From positions 1-59,470 of the forward strand of contig JAHJDG010000127.1 in the NCBI GenBank assembly GCA_018812265.1: DNA of 59,470 nucleotides. The letters run 5' to 3'. A program made the translations under genes and the position numbers. The first letter of the stretch is position 1; every line of letters starts with the position of its first letter. The notes under the pieces were generated by a model, which ran no database searches, was not told where the DNA came from, and saw only the letters and a program-made list of their open reading frames with translations. This stretch comes from a bacterium (GTDB taxonomy: Bacteria > Electryoneota > RPQS01). Of this stretch, positions 9,614-20,195 are shown piece after piece.

Positions 9614-10366
9614 CTACGACTGCAACTCGCCAATTGCGCGCAGAAAGACATCCTCCAGATCCGCTTGGTCGGTTTGCCGGCGCAGTTCATCGGGCGTACC
9701 CGAAGCACATACTCGTCCGCGATGGAGAATGATAAGGCGGTCACAGAGCTTCTCGGCCTCGCGCATCACGTGAGTCGAGAAAATAACGCACCGGCCGCGT
9801 CTGCGCGAGTCGTGAATGAATCGCACGATCTGCGCCGAGGCCAGGATGTCCAAACCTGACGTAGGCTCGTCGAAGATCAACACCGGCGGGTCATGCACAA
9901 TCGTTCGCGCGATGCTGACCCGCTGTTTCTGACCGCTGGAAAGTTTGTCACAGCGACGGGTGAGAAAATCCCCCATATCGAGCTGCTCGGAAATCTGCGA
10001 AAGGCGGGCGGCAATGGTCGGTTCCGAAAGCCCGTGCAAGCGTCCGAAATACTCGATCATCTCGCCGGCCGTGAGGCGACCATAGACTCCCGTATCCGAC
10101 GACAGGAATCCGATGGCGGAACGAACACGGTCCGGTTCGCTCCGCACGCTGTGGCCGGCGATCAATGCATCACCGCCCGTCGGTTTCAGTACCGTGGAAA
10201 GGATGCGGAGCGTGGTTGTTTTGCCCGCTCCATTGGTGCCCAGAACTCCAAAGACCTCGCCCGCCTGGGCATCGAAACACACGTCCATGCTCGCGCGTAC
10301 GATCTGTCCACCCGAATCGTGATAGTCTTTCGATAGACCTCGTACCGAGACCGCCACATTACTCAT
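9614..10366 (-). CDS. ABC transporter ATP-binding protein, NatA-like
   Basis: Walker A GTNGAGKTT, signature LSSGQKQR, Walker B LIFDEPT, H-loop STH; ATG at 10366 follows the GWxTD stop by 1 nt. Confidence 0.85.
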   Translation of the reverse strand: MSNVAVSVRGLSKDYHDSGGQIVRASMDVCFDAQAGEVFGVLGTNGAGKTTTLRILSTVLKPTGGDALIAGHSVRSEPDRVRSAIGFLSSDTGVYGRLTAGEMIEYFGRLHGLSEPTIAARLSQISEQLDMGDFLTRRCDKLSSGQKQRVSIARTIVHDPPVLIFDEPTSGLDILASAQIVRFIHDSRRRGRCVIFSTHVMREAEKLCDRLIILHRGRVCASGTPDELRRQTDQADLEDVFLRAIGELQS

Positions 10367-10367
10367 A

Positions 10368-11789
10368 TTATCGTCCCGGTGAGAACGGTCCGCTTGGGGA
10401 GAGCGTTTGATCGCGGGTTCGGAGTCGCTGTTCCCAGTTCGGATTGTAGATCTCGCCGCGTTTCGTGCTGTGAACGAGGTCAAGATCGCCAAAACCCTGA
10501 CGGTCCGCGAAGACGAAGAACACACCCCCTTCAAGCTGATCGTAGCCCCAGATCTCATGGTCAATGGTCTGCGGCATGGCGTAGTTGTTCTCCACGCGAT
10601 CCGGTTCGCCGTACAACACGAACACTCGACCTCGATCCGTCTTCCATCCCGGCCTTTGGAGATAGCTGTAGCGCCGGTTGGCTTCGACGATTCGGGCGAA
10701 ATAGCGGTTGCCGGCGCCGGGATCATCGCGTTCGCGTTTTTCCCAGAATTCCCTTATGAATTGCCGTTTTCCCTCGGGAGTCAGACGCCGAAGCCGGCGA
10801 TATTCATCTCGCGTAAGGATGTAGCGCATCCATCGCTCGGCACTGTCGGCATTCACGACCTCGAGGAAGTTCGGATCCACTTCCGCCAGGCGTGATCCGA
10901 ACTCGGGTTGATTCTGCAGATTCCTTCCGGCGGCAAGGTCTGCCGCCCGATACGTCCAGAATTTCTTGCGCATCGTGGCCGAGCGGCCGGATCGCAGCGA
11001 GATCACCGTCAGTTCGAGATAGTACGTTCCCGTCCGCAGAGTCGCCGTCGGAAAACCGTCTACGATAACGACCGAACTTCCGGTCGTCGGGCGAACCCCG
11101 GTCTGTTCGGGACGAACCGGCGCACCGGTTTCGGCGTCCAGCACCTTCCGAACAACCACGTGTGAATCCGCGCGTTGAGAATCGTAGTCCAATTCGTATG
11201 CTTCGGCGTAGAAATACAGAACCGGAATCTGCGTTCCATAGAATCCGGTCGCATTGGGTATCATGCGTACGCCGTGTTTCACAAACACCGATCCGTCGTC
11301 GGTATAGCTCAACTCAGTGCCGAGTTCGATTTGAGAAACGGACAAATCGCCGGTAGGCTGCGGCACCCGCAGGGAACAGGCGGCCGTCGCGACCGGCTGC
11401 GGATCCCAATGAAGCAGATGAGCCCGCAGAGCATAGCTCCCGGGCTTCATGATCAGGCGAAAGACGTGAGGATAGAAACTGCCTTGACCGTCTATCGGCT
11501 CGGTCTCGGTGCGAGCGTCCAGAGCGTGAAACGTGTCGGAGAGCACCACGTTCCCCGCTTGAAGCACGTCCAGCGAAACCTTGAACTCGGCAATCAAACT
11601 GTCGCCAACGACCTTGTAGCGAAGTCCGGCCTGTTGAACGGCGGTGTACACCTCAACGTAGCCGAGGGAATCGGCAGCACGGAAAGAGGCACAGTCCAGG
11701 TCCAGCGTGTAGTCGGCGCGGAGGGAGAAGGTCCCGATCAAGAGCGCCAACGCACAGGAAATCGAAAGGAAAGCGTCACGCATCGTCAC
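10368..11789 (-). CDS. Exported GWxTD domain protein
   Basis: Signal peptide; FWEKRE...YFARIVEANRRY...GWKTDRGRVFVLYGEP motif near the C-terminus. Confidence 0.85.
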   Translation of the reverse strand: MTMRDAFLSISCALALLIGTFSLRADYTLDLDCASFRAADSLGYVEVYTAVQQAGLRYKVVGDSLIAEFKVSLDVLQAGNVVLSDTFHALDARTETEPIDGQGSFYPHVFRLIMKPGSYALRAHLLHWDPQPVATAACSLRVPQPTGDLSVSQIELGTELSYTDDGSVFVKHGVRMIPNATGFYGTQIPVLYFYAEAYELDYDSQRADSHVVVRKVLDAETGAPVRPEQTGVRPTTGSSVVIVDGFPTATLRTGTYYLELTVISLRSGRSATMRKKFWTYRAADLAAGRNLQNQPEFGSRLAEVDPNFLEVVNADSAERWMRYILTRDEYRRLRRLTPEGKRQFIREFWEKRERDDPGAGNRYFARIVEANRRYSYLQRPGWKTDRGRVFVLYGEPDRVENNYAMPQTIDHEIWGYDQLEGGVFFVFADRQGFGDLDLVHSTKRGEIYNPNWEQRLRTRDQTLSPSGPFSPGR

Positions 11790-11810
11790 GTCCTTTCCGG
11801 ATTGACGAGA

Positions 11811-14800
11811 TCAAGCTACCGAGGAGAGCAACCGGACGGAGACCAGTTTGGAAATGCCTTCTTCCTCCATCGTGACCCCATAGAGGTTGTCGGCAATCTC
11901 CATGGTGCGCCGGTTGTGAGTTACAAGAATGAATTGCGTGTTTTCGCTGTGGGACCGGATCATCCGCGTGAAACGGTCAATATTCGCGTCGTCGAGCGGA
12001 GCGTCAACCTCATCGAATACGCAGAAGGGAGACGGCTTCACTTGATAGAGAGCGAACAAGAGAGCGTTCGCCGTCATGGTCTTTTCTCCGCCCGACATCA
12101 GCGAGAGCGATTTCAGCCGTTTGCCGGATGGATTAGCCCAAATCGTGATATCCGCCTCCAGCAGATCGGTTCCACTGAGAATCAAGTCCGCTTCCCCCGC
12201 CGGGAAAAATTCCTGGAAAAGCCGCTGGAAATGGCCGCGCACGGCTTCGAAGGTATGGAGGAACTGCGCCTGTGCCTTCTCGTTGATCCGCGCAATCGTA
12301 TCCTCGAGCGTTCGCTTCGCCTTGAGCAAGTCATCGCGTTGGGCAAGCATCATCTCCAAACGGGCGTTTTCCGTGGCATATTCCTCCACCGCCAGAGAGT
12401 TGATAGGTCCCAATCGTTCGATTTTCTGTTTCAACTCCTGAACGGATTCCGGCGAAGCATCAGCCTCGACAAGGTCGGGGTGAATATCTTCAAAATTCTC
12501 GTCCGCCAGATCAAGATTCCATTGTGCGCGGGCGCTGTTCACCACGGCGGCCAGCTCACCGCGCATTCGGGCAACTTCCGTCTCGATCCGGCGGCCTCCT
12601 TCCAGCTCACCGGCGTGGCTCTCGCGGAGATCCCGGAGCCGCTGCTCTTCCTCCGAGATGCGACCGCGAATCTCATCGAGCCGAACAGCCATCTTATCCA
12701 CGGCAGTCGCGCGCTCGTCCCTGAGCCGATACTTCTCAATCGAGAGCGCGTCAATCTCCTTCAGGCGGTTTTCAAACGTGACCAGCTCGTTGGCGGCCTG
12801 TTCAGCCGACTCATCGGCTTTCCTCAGGTTCGCTTCCATCTCGTGGATATCTTGTTCGAGACGCTCCTTTTCCGCTTGAGACAACTCCACCTTGTGATGG
12901 ATCGCATCCCGTTCTCGTTCAAACCCATGGAGCGTTTCACGATCCGCTATCGCCTGTCGCTGCACTTCGGAAAACGCATCCCCCACGGCGCGGCCGATCT
13001 GTTCGATGCCGTGCAGCTCCGTCTCCGCCGCGTGAACCGCTACCTCGGCTTCCCTCGATTGACGGTCACAATCGGTAATTTCTCGCGCCAGCGTCTCAAT
13101 TCTGGTTTGCGCGGATTGCTCGCGTTCTCCGAGTGCCGTCAAACGCGTCTCCCACTCCACCTGCTGTTCGCGGAGCGTTGTCCGCGCAACCAAAAGATGC
13201 GCGGTCTCACGTGAAAGTTCATCGAGTGTTCGTTTGACTTGATCCAACTTGTCACGCTGAGCCGCGGCGCGTGCGCCGACCGTTTCGCGTTCCCGCTCCG
13301 CCTCAACCAGACTCTGCTCGATCTCTTCAACTTGTTTCCGGAGTCCAATGTCGGCCGGTACGTCGGATTCTTCCGATCCGCCGTGCAGCAGACCCGTGTT
13401 GCCGATCCACTCCCCACCGAGCGTTATCAGCGTGCAGCGGTTGGTCTTTGCCCATTCTCCATATTCGAGCGCCGATTGCCAGTCGCGCACCAGAATGACG
13501 CGTCCCAGAAAATGCTCGAGGATCGAACTGCGGGTGTTTCCCTTAATCACCGACAACGCCGTTCCGATTGTACCCTCAGGCGGCACGACGGCCATTGAGG
13601 GCTCGACACGAAACGCGTCCATGGCCAGAAAAGTGGTTTGGCCGGCGTTCTCTCGTCGGAGCATCGCCATGGCAATCAGCGCCGCTTGGGTGGATTCGAC
13701 GAGGAAATAGTAGGCGGCCGGACCGAGCGCCACCTGCAGTGCGCGGCGATAGGGCTCCTCGACTTCGATGGTATCCCCCAGAATATCCAGCGCACCCTCG
13801 ATCGGATTTGTGCGCAACGCTCGCAGCGCGCTATGGGAGCGCGGTCCCTTCTCCTCCAACGTGGCCAGCAGGCGGAGACGCGCGCGGCCCGCCTCTATCA
13901 AACCTGCCAGTTGTCTATCCACTTCTTCAAGACGTCTGATCTCCTGCTCGACGGCGGTGCGTTCAGCCTGCGCAAGCGCCGTCTCCGATTCCTTGGCGCT
14001 TAGTTTCTCGCGCGCGGCGTCCGCCTGCACGGCCAGTTCAGCCAGTCGCGTTCTCAGTTCCTCGCACTCACCGCTCATGGAAACCAGTTCACCGGCAAGC
14101 AATTCCTTACGGCTTACAAATCCCGCATGAGATATCGCAAGACGTGCGGTCTCTTCGCGACACTGCGCGAATCGCCGTCTTAACACGTCAACCTTGTCGG
14201 AATGCTCCGCGGCAGCGGTCTCTGCGTCCCGCAACTTCCGCTCGCTCTCACTCAACCGCGCTTTCGCTTCACTTACCCTTCGCTCCGCTTCATCAAGTTC
14301 CGCTCGCACGGCGGCGAGATTCTCCTGGACGCCGGATAGCCTCACTTCGATCAGGCTGCGTTTGTCGGCAAGCAGCTGGCGTTCACGACGAGTACGCTCG
14401 ATCGTTTGACGAGCCGCTTGATCCCTGGCCCGCAAACCGGCTTCTTCCGCCTCCATGCCCGAGATCTGAGCCACAACTTCCGATAAGCTCCGGCGAAGCT
14501 CCGTGGCTTCTTTCTCGGCGTCGGTCTCAGAGCGTCGCAGTTCCAGCAGGCGAGCTTCTTCGAGTCGAATGGCGCTCTGAGCGCTATCGGTGGCGACGGA
14601 TGACTTGCTGAGGGCTTCTTCCAGCGGACGCAGATCCGCCTTGATCCGCCGATACTCTCGATAGATCAGAGCGGTTTCGGTCAGCCGGAGTTGCGCCGCA
14701 AACTCTCCATAGCGACGCGCTCGCATGGCTTGTCGCTTGAGGGACGCGACCTGCCGTTCGACTTCGGTCAGAACATCGGCCAGTCGCGCCAGATCCTCCT

Positions 14801-15353
14801 CGGTTTGCTTCAACTTGAGCAGAGCTTGCCGGCGGCGGATTTTATACTTGGCGACACCGGCGGCCTCCTCGAACAACATCCGTCGTCCTTCACCGTCCTC
14901 CCGAAGGATGTCTTCCACCATCTTGAGTTCGAGGATGGTGTATAGATTCGGTCCCATTCCGCTGTCGTGGAGCAGATCGGTGATGTCACGGAGTCTGCAT
15001 ACGTTTCCGTTGAGAAGGTACTCGCTGGTACCGTCGCGAAAAAGACGGCGGGCGATCTCGACCTCGGTGAACGGAGTGTCGAGCAAACCTTGACTATTAT
15101 CCAGAACGATTTTGACCTCGGCGGCGCCGGCCGGCTTGCGAATGACCGTCCCGTTGAAAATAACGTTCTCCATCCGTTCCCCGCGGAGCACGGAGGATCG
15201 CTGCTCGCCAAGCACCCAACGAAGAGCGTCCACGATATTCGACTTGCCGCAACCGTTCGGACCGACAACGGCGGTTACGCCGGGCGCAAAATCCAGAGTC
15301 GTCGTCTTCGCAAACGACTTGAAACCGGTAATGTTGAGGGAAAGCAGTTGCAT
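11811..15353 (-). CDS. smc: Chromosome segregation protein SMC
   Basis: GFKSF, GPNGCGKSN, long coiled coils with a hinge, MSGGEK, FDEVDAPLD; 1180 aa. Confidence 0.97.
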   Translation of the reverse strand: MQLLSLNITGFKSFAKTTTLDFAPGVTAVVGPNGCGKSNIVDALRWVLGEQRSSVLRGERMENVIFNGTVIRKPAGAAEVKIVLDNSQGLLDTPFTEVEIARRLFRDGTSEYLLNGNVCRLRDITDLLHDSGMGPNLYTILELKMVEDILREDGEGRRMLFEEAAGVAKYKIRRRQALLKLKQTEEDLARLADVLTEVERQVASLKRQAMRARRYGEFAAQLRLTETALIYREYRRIKADLRPLEEALSKSSVATDSAQSAIRLEEARLLELRRSETDAEKEATELRRSLSEVVAQISGMEAEEAGLRARDQAARQTIERTRRERQLLADKRSLIEVRLSGVQENLAAVRAELDEAERRVSEAKARLSESERKLRDAETAAAEHSDKVDVLRRRFAQCREETARLAISHAGFVSRKELLAGELVSMSGECEELRTRLAELAVQADAAREKLSAKESETALAQAERTAVEQEIRRLEEVDRQLAGLIEAGRARLRLLATLEEKGPRSHSALRALRTNPIEGALDILGDTIEVEEPYRRALQVALGPAAYYFLVESTQAALIAMAMLRRENAGQTTFLAMDAFRVEPSMAVVPPEGTIGTALSVIKGNTRSSILEHFLGRVILVRDWQSALEYGEWAKTNRCTLITLGGEWIGNTGLLHGGSEESDVPADIGLRKQVEEIEQSLVEAERERETVGARAAAQRDKLDQVKRTLDELSRETAHLLVARTTLREQQVEWETRLTALGEREQSAQTRIETLAREITDCDRQSREAEVAVHAAETELHGIEQIGRAVGDAFSEVQRQAIADRETLHGFERERDAIHHKVELSQAEKERLEQDIHEMEANLRKADESAEQAANELVTFENRLKEIDALSIEKYRLRDERATAVDKMAVRLDEIRGRISEEEQRLRDLRESHAGELEGGRRIETEVARMRGELAAVVNSARAQWNLDLADENFEDIHPDLVEADASPESVQELKQKIERLGPINSLAVEEYATENARLEMMLAQRDDLLKAKRTLEDTIARINEKAQAQFLHTFEAVRGHFQRLFQEFFPAGEADLILSGTDLLEADITIWANPSGKRLKSLSLMSGGEKTMTANALLFALYQVKPSPFCVFDEVDAPLDDANIDRFTRMIRSHSENTQFILVTHNRRTMEIADNLYGVTMEEEGISKLVSVRLLSSVA

Positions 15354-15386
15354 CGTGTCAAGTACTCTCGAAAATCTTCACATCAT

Positions 15387-16814
15387 CTATGCGTCAAGTA
15401 TCTCTCTAAGCAATCCGTTTACAATCTTAGGATTGGCCGATCCCTTGGTGACTTTCATGGCCTCACCCATGAAGAATCCGAGCAGGTTTTTCTTGCCGGA
15501 CTTGTATCGTTTCACTTCCTCAGGATGTCCGGCCAGAATCTGCTCCACAATCCGTCGCAGCTCATCGGTGTCCGTCGTTTGCGCAAGGCCCTCGCCTTCG
15601 ATGATTTCCCGAGCACTGCGACCGTCCTCGAGCATTTTCCAGAATACGTCCTTGGCGGCGGAAAGCGATACGATATCCGCCTGCACCGCTTGGATCAGTT
15701 CCGCCAACGCTGGCGGAGGAAGCGGGAACTCCCTCATCCCCCAGCCCCGTTCGGAGAGTGCGCGTCTCACTTCTCCCTGCATCCATGCCGCCGCTGATCG
15801 CGGATCAATTCCCCGGTGTATCAGCGTCTCAAAGTAGTCTCCCAAACCGCGATCTGACGCCAGCACGGATACCGCTTCCTCATGAAGCTTCAATTCCTCA
15901 CGGTACCGACGGCGACGCGCATCGGGCAGTTCGGGAAGTTGCCGTCGAATCCGCGCCAATTCCTCCTCCGACACCGCAACCTCGACGAGATCCGGCTCGG
16001 GGAAATACCGGTAATCATCCGATCCCTCCTTGCGGCGCATGGGACGAATCTCCTCCAGAGTTTCATCCCACAGTAGGGTCTGACGAATCACCGTTCCGGT
16101 GGAAGTATACAGTTGAATCTGGCGTTCCCGCTCGCTGCGAATTGCCCGCTCAACGGCACGAATGGAATTCAGATTCTTGATCTCCGTGCGCTCGTTTAGG
16201 GATTCCTGGTCCGATGGGCGTACGGAGATGTTCACGTCGCAACGCAGCGATCCCCGCTCCATGTTGCCGTCACAAACGCCGACGAAGCGCAATAGCCCAC
16301 GAATCGTTCCGACGAAGGCGCCTGCCTCAAGTTCCGTGCGGAAATCCGGTTCGGTGACAATCTCCACCAGGGGAACACCGCAGCGGTTCATGTCCACGAT
16401 AGTGGAGCCGTCATCCTGATGAAGAGACTTCCCGGCATCCTCCTCGATGTGGGCGCGGGTGATGCGAATCCGCTTGGTTCCCCACTCCCCCTCGATATCC
16501 ACCCATCCGCCGGTGCTGAACGGCTCGTCGTACTGTGAAATCTGATAGCCCTTGGGAAGATCAGGATAGAAATAATTCTTACGGTCGAATTTGCTGCGCG
16601 GATGAACTGTCGCGTTGAGAGCAAGAGCCAACAGTGCCGCTTGTTCCACTACGTTTCGATTCAGAACCGGTAAGGCTCCCGGCATTCCGAGACAAGTGGG
16701 ACAAGCCAACGTATTGGGCGATTCTCCGTAGCGATTCGGACAGCGGCAGAACGCCTTGGTCTCCGTCAGCAGTTGCGCATGAATCTCCAAACCGACAATC
16801 AGTTCGTAGTTCAC
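15387..16814 (-). CDS. gatB: Asp/Glu-tRNA amidotransferase subunit B
   Basis: GLEIHAQL, FDRKNYFYPDLPKGYQISQ, HIEEDAGK, RCDVNIS, EIKNLNS, YRYFPEPDL. Confidence 0.97.
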   Translation of the reverse strand: MNYELIVGLEIHAQLLTETKAFCRCPNRYGESPNTLACPTCLGMPGALPVLNRNVVEQAALLALALNATVHPRSKFDRKNYFYPDLPKGYQISQYDEPFSTGGWVDIEGEWGTKRIRITRAHIEEDAGKSLHQDDGSTIVDMNRCGVPLVEIVTEPDFRTELEAGAFVGTIRGLLRFVGVCDGNMERGSLRCDVNISVRPSDQESLNERTEIKNLNSIRAVERAIRSERERQIQLYTSTGTVIRQTLLWDETLEEIRPMRRKEGSDDYRYFPEPDLVEVAVSEEELARIRRQLPELPDARRRRYREELKLHEEAVSVLASDRGLGDYFETLIHRGIDPRSAAAWMQGEVRRALSERGWGMREFPLPPPALAELIQAVQADIVSLSAAKDVFWKMLEDGRSAREIIEGEGLAQTTDTDELRRIVEQILAGHPEEVKRYKSGKKNLLGFFMGEAMKVTKGSANPKIVNGLLREILDA

Positions 16815-18232
16815 GACGCAGCCTCAGCCTGTATTTTTTCAACTTCTTTCCCCAACTGAAGGAGAAGCGTTTCCGAGAAATGAGGTCCCATGATCTGCAG
16901 TCCGATGGGCAAACCCGAAGCATCCTTCCCTACGGGAACCGATATCGCGGGAATACCCGCCAGATTCGCCGGAACCGTATACACGTCGGAGAGATACATG
17001 GCCAACGGATCGTCGAGTTTCTCGCCGATCCGGAATGACGTCGTCGGGCTGGTGGGTGTGACGATTACGTCCACCTCGTCAAAGGCTCGCTGAAAGTCTT
17101 CCAGGATCCGTCGGCGGACCTGCTGGGCCTTCCGATAGTACGCATCGAAGTATCCGGCGGACAAGACAAACGTCCCCATCATGATTCGCCGCCGAACCTC
17201 GGGACCGAATCCTTCTCCCCGAGTCAACTCATAGACTTCGGCGAGTTCCTCCGCCTTTTCGTGCCGCCAGCCGTAGCGGGCACCATCGTAGCGCGCGAGA
17301 TTCGAGCTGGCCTCGGCCGTCGCCAGGATATAGTAGACGGGAATTGCATAGCGGGTATGGGGAAGCGAGATCGCCCGCACCGCATGCCCTCGATCTTTCA
17401 ACGAATGGATAGCGGATTCCACCGTGTTTCGAACGTCGGACGAAATCCCCTCGACGAAGTACTCGGATGGAACGCCCATTCGCAGCGAACGATTCAACGG
17501 CGGCAGACCGCCATTGCATTCGGGCGGAGGAACATGCGCGCTGCTCGAATCTCTTGCGTCCACTCCCGCCATCACACAAAGAAGATTAAACAGTCCTTCG
17601 CAGGAGATGGTCAACGCACCGATTTGATCGAGCGACGATCCATAGGCCACCAAACCGTAGCGTGACACTCGGCCATAGGTGGGTTTCAGCCCGGCCACGC
17701 CGCAGAACGAGGCCGGCAGACGAACACTCCCTCCCGTATCGCTACCGAGAGCCGCATGCACAACGCCCGAGGCGACGGCCACGGCGCTCCCGCCCGAGGA
17801 ACCGCCGGCCACGCGCTCGGTATCCAGCGGATTGCGAACGGCGCCGAAGATCGTGTTCTCGGACGAAGAACCCATCCCGAATTCGTCCAAGTTTGTTTTC
17901 CCGATAACGATCGCGCCCGCCTCCTCCAGTCTTTGTACGGCCGTTGCCGAAAAGCGACTCTCGAAATTCTCCAGCATTCGCGACGCGCAAGTAAGACGCA
18001 CGCCCTCGATGGCGATGTTGTCTTTCACGGCAAGAATCCATCCCCCGAGCGGCGGTGATTGTCCGCTGCGAAAAGCGTCACGGACATTGAGCGCAGCGCG
18101 GCGGGCGCGTTCCCGCATAATCGTCACGAACGCCCGCAAGGATTCCTTCTCATGCGCCAGCGATAATGCTCGCTCAACCGCCTCAGGAATCTGATTGGGG
18201 TGGCTCTGGAGATACTCTGGGCTGGGCAGCAT
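16811..18232 (-). CDS. gatA: Asp/Glu-tRNA amidotransferase subunit A
   Basis: Amidase signature [33 protein letters not shown]; start placed at MLPSP (18232). Confidence 0.95.
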   Translation of the reverse strand: MLPSPEYLQSHPNQIPEAVERALSLAHEKESLRAFVTIMRERARRAALNVRDAFRSGQSPPLGGWILAVKDNIAIEGVRLTCASRMLENFESRFSATAVQRLEEAGAIVIGKTNLDEFGMGSSSENTIFGAVRNPLDTERVAGGSSGGSAVAVASGVVHAALGSDTGGSVRLPASFCGVAGLKPTYGRVSRYGLVAYGSSLDQIGALTISCEGLFNLLCVMAGVDARDSSSAHVPPPECNGGLPPLNRSLRMGVPSEYFVEGISSDVRNTVESAIHSLKDRGHAVRAISLPHTRYAIPVYYILATAEASSNLARYDGARYGWRHEKAEELAEVYELTRGEGFGPEVRRRIMMGTFVLSAGYFDAYYRKAQQVRRRILEDFQRAFDEVDVIVTPTSPTTSFRIGEKLDDPLAMYLSDVYTVPANLAGIPAISVPVGKDASGLPIGLQIMGPHFSETLLLQLGKEVEKIQAEAAS

Positions 18233-18470
18233 CGTGAGGTTGTACGGTAACCGAAGTGCGTTCGCTTTCGGTGGATGACGTGGAACTCGGGTGGATCGGC
18301 GGTTTGTCTCCGCCGGCGTTTTCGACTCCCGCCCGAACCTCGTACATTGCCTGACGAAACATGGCGAGGCTCCTGCCGAAAGCGCGGGCGGCATCGGGAA
18401 GACGCTGGCCACCGAACAGCAGCAGAATCACCAACGCGACAATCAGCAGCTCCGACGCACCGATATTCAT
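18183..18470 (-). CDS. tatA: Twin-arginine translocase TatA/TatE subunit
   Basis: [25 protein letters not shown]: TM helix, FG hinge, amphipathic helix; ATGA overlap with the purQ stop. Confidence 0.85.
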   Translation of the reverse strand: MNIGASELLIVALVILLLFGGQRLPDAARAFGRSLAMFRQAMYEVRAGVENAGGDKPPIHPSSTSSTESERTSVTVQPHDAAQPRVSPEPPQSDS

Positions 18471-19210
18471 GAATGTACCGAAGGAGAAATCGCAGCCGGC
18501 GACGGATTCGATCGCGGGGATCGCCGGATGTGACAAGCCATCGAGTGAAAGACAGCCGCACCGTCCGTAAGTCCGACCAGCGGATCGCAGGCCCGCTCGG
18601 GATGCGGCATCAGCCCAAGAACGTTACCTTCTTCGTTCACGATTCCGGCGATTCCGCGCGTGCTTCCGTTGGGATTGCCGTCGGGAACGTCGGGCCGGAC
18701 CGGGCCGGAATAGCGGAAGACGATACGTCCTTCGGACTCGAGGGCTTCAATCGTTGCGGGATCCGCCACGTAGCAGCCTTCGGCGTGAGCAATGGGAATC
18801 CGCAGTGTCTGTCCCAGTGAATACTCGGACGTGAATGCCGTACCGTTGTTCTCCACGCACAGCGAGACCACTCGCGACACAAACTTCAGCGAACGATTCC
18901 GAATCAAGGCTCCGGGAAGCAGACCCGCTTCACAAAGAATCTGGAATCCGTTGCAAATACCGATGACCAATCCACCGTGGCGGGCAAAGCGGCGGACATC
19001 GTCCATGATCGGGGACAGCTTGGCCAATGCGCCGGCCCGAAGGTAATCGCCATAGGAAAATCCACCGGGAATCACCACCGCGTCACATGGATCCAACATA
19101 CGTTCCTTATGGAACACGTTTCGCACTTCATAGCCAAGAACGCGACCGATCGAATCCAGCGCGTCGTGATCGCAATTTGAACCCGGAAACGTGATCACCG
19201 CACAGATCAC
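18467..19210 (-). CDS. purQ: FGAM synthase glutaminase subunit
   Basis: [32 protein letters not shown]. Confidence 0.96.
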   Translation of the reverse strand: MICAVITFPGSNCDHDALDSIGRVLGYEVRNVFHKERMLDPCDAVVIPGGFSYGDYLRAGALAKLSPIMDDVRRFARHGGLVIGICNGFQILCEAGLLPGALIRNRSLKFVSRVVSLCVENNGTAFTSEYSLGQTLRIPIAHAEGCYVADPATIEALESEGRIVFRYSGPVRPDVPDGNPNGSTRGIAGIVNEEGNVLGLMPHPERACDPLVGLTDGAAVFHSMACHIRRSPRSNPSPAAISPSVHS

Positions 19211-19446
19211 GGAACCTCCACACGGTAGGTCTCGATCACGGGGTTGGCGAGCAACGTTCGACCGACGTCATCCAGCAGACGGGACGCCTCTTCGCGCGAC
19301 ATGTCGGACAGATCAAACTCCACGAGCTTGCCGATGCGTACGTTTCGCACTCGCGATTCGCCGCGGTTCTGCAGGAATCCACAAACGGTCTGGCCCTGCG
19401 GATCCAATACGCCCGGTTTGTAGGTGACGAAAACGGTGGCTTTCAA
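19207..19446 (-). CDS. purS: FGAM synthase subunit PurS
   Basis: KPGVLDPQG...VRIGK...LLANPVIETY; 79 aa; directly before purQ. Confidence 0.93.
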   Translation of the reverse strand: MKATVFVTYKPGVLDPQGQTVCGFLQNRGESRVRNVRIGKLVEFDLSDMSREEASRLLDDVGRTLLANPVIETYRVEVP

Positions 19447-20195
19447 CGCTGACCTCGAGATGTTGTTGCGGACTCCACTCCGGATTCTTCCGGACGACGG
19501 CTGAACGATCGCGCACGGGCAATGCGTACGGCACCGGCGATGAATCCGACCAAAGCAATAACGACGAAGACTGGAAACGTCAATAAACGCGGACTGACGG
19601 CCATCGCGATCAGAGCCGCAAACAAGAAGATCAATTTCGCAAGGTTGTGGCCCGGCTCACGTAGCGAAAGCCTCGGCAAGCCCGGCATCGGGAAACGGCT
19701 GATCATCAGCACACTGGTCACGATGACCAATAGAGTCAGCACAAAGACGTCTCCCACTCCGCCCCACAGGAACAGATTCATGATGACAAACGATGCGAGC
19801 AAACAGCCGTGCAGCGGAGCACTCAGACCGATAAAATCATGCTCGCCCACGGGAGCAGAAGCAGTGAACCGCGCCAATCGAATCGCCGCAAACAACGCTG
19901 AGATGAAAGCGATCAGAACTCCCCAGAACTCAAGACTGCTAAGCGCTGTCGTGTAGATGAGAACGGCCGGAGCCACTCCAAACGACATCATGTCGGCCAG
20001 AGAATCGAAATACACGCCAAACCGCGATCCGCTACCGAAGAAGCGCGCCGCCTTTCCGTCAAATGCATCGAAAACCGCAGCCAGAATAATCAACCAGGCG
20101 GCAAGATCGGGCCGCCCCGTGGTAGCGAGTAGGATCGAAAGCAAACCGCAAAAAGCATTGGCGGAAGTCAGTCCATCGGCGATGCGATTTTTCAC
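19443..20195 (-). CDS. pssA: CDP-diacylglycerol--serine O-phosphatidyltransferase
   Basis: CDP-alcohol phosphatidyltransferase motif DAFDGKAAR...FGVYFDSLADMMSFGVAP; follows psd. Confidence 0.9.
   Translation of the reverse strand: MKNRIADGLTSANAFCGLLSILLATTGRPDLAAWLIILAAVFDAFDGKAARFFGSGSRFGVYFDSLADMMSFGVAPAVLIYTTALSSLEFWGVLIAFISALFAAIRLARFTASAPVGEHDFIGLSAPLHGCLLASFVIMNLFLWGGVGDVFVLTLLVIVTSVLMISRFPMPGLPRLSLREPGHNLAKLIFLFAALIAMAVSPRLLTFPVFVVIALVGFIAGAVRIARARSFSRRPEESGVESATTSRGQR

Noticed and set aside
9517-10726. Extended N-termini in the ORF track for the HD-GYP and ABC ATPase genes (likewise gatA, truA, yraN, cdsA, mtaB, propeller)
   Set aside because: The extensions overlap upstream genes and lack family similarity; downstream starts fit RBS or stop-start coupling
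11175-13214. 679-aa plus-strand ORF and other long antisense ORFs (1361-2374, 21294-22301, 28163-29407, 54960-55940)
   Set aside because: They lie opposite well-supported genes, show no motifs, and are typical shadow frames of GC-rich codon usage
13203-13218. Second parS-like sequence GGTCTCACGTGAAAGT in smc
   Set aside because: Only 12/16 match, compatible with chance
15354-15365. TTGACA just before the smc ATG
   Set aside because: No -10 element at 16-18 nt; it would fall inside the gene
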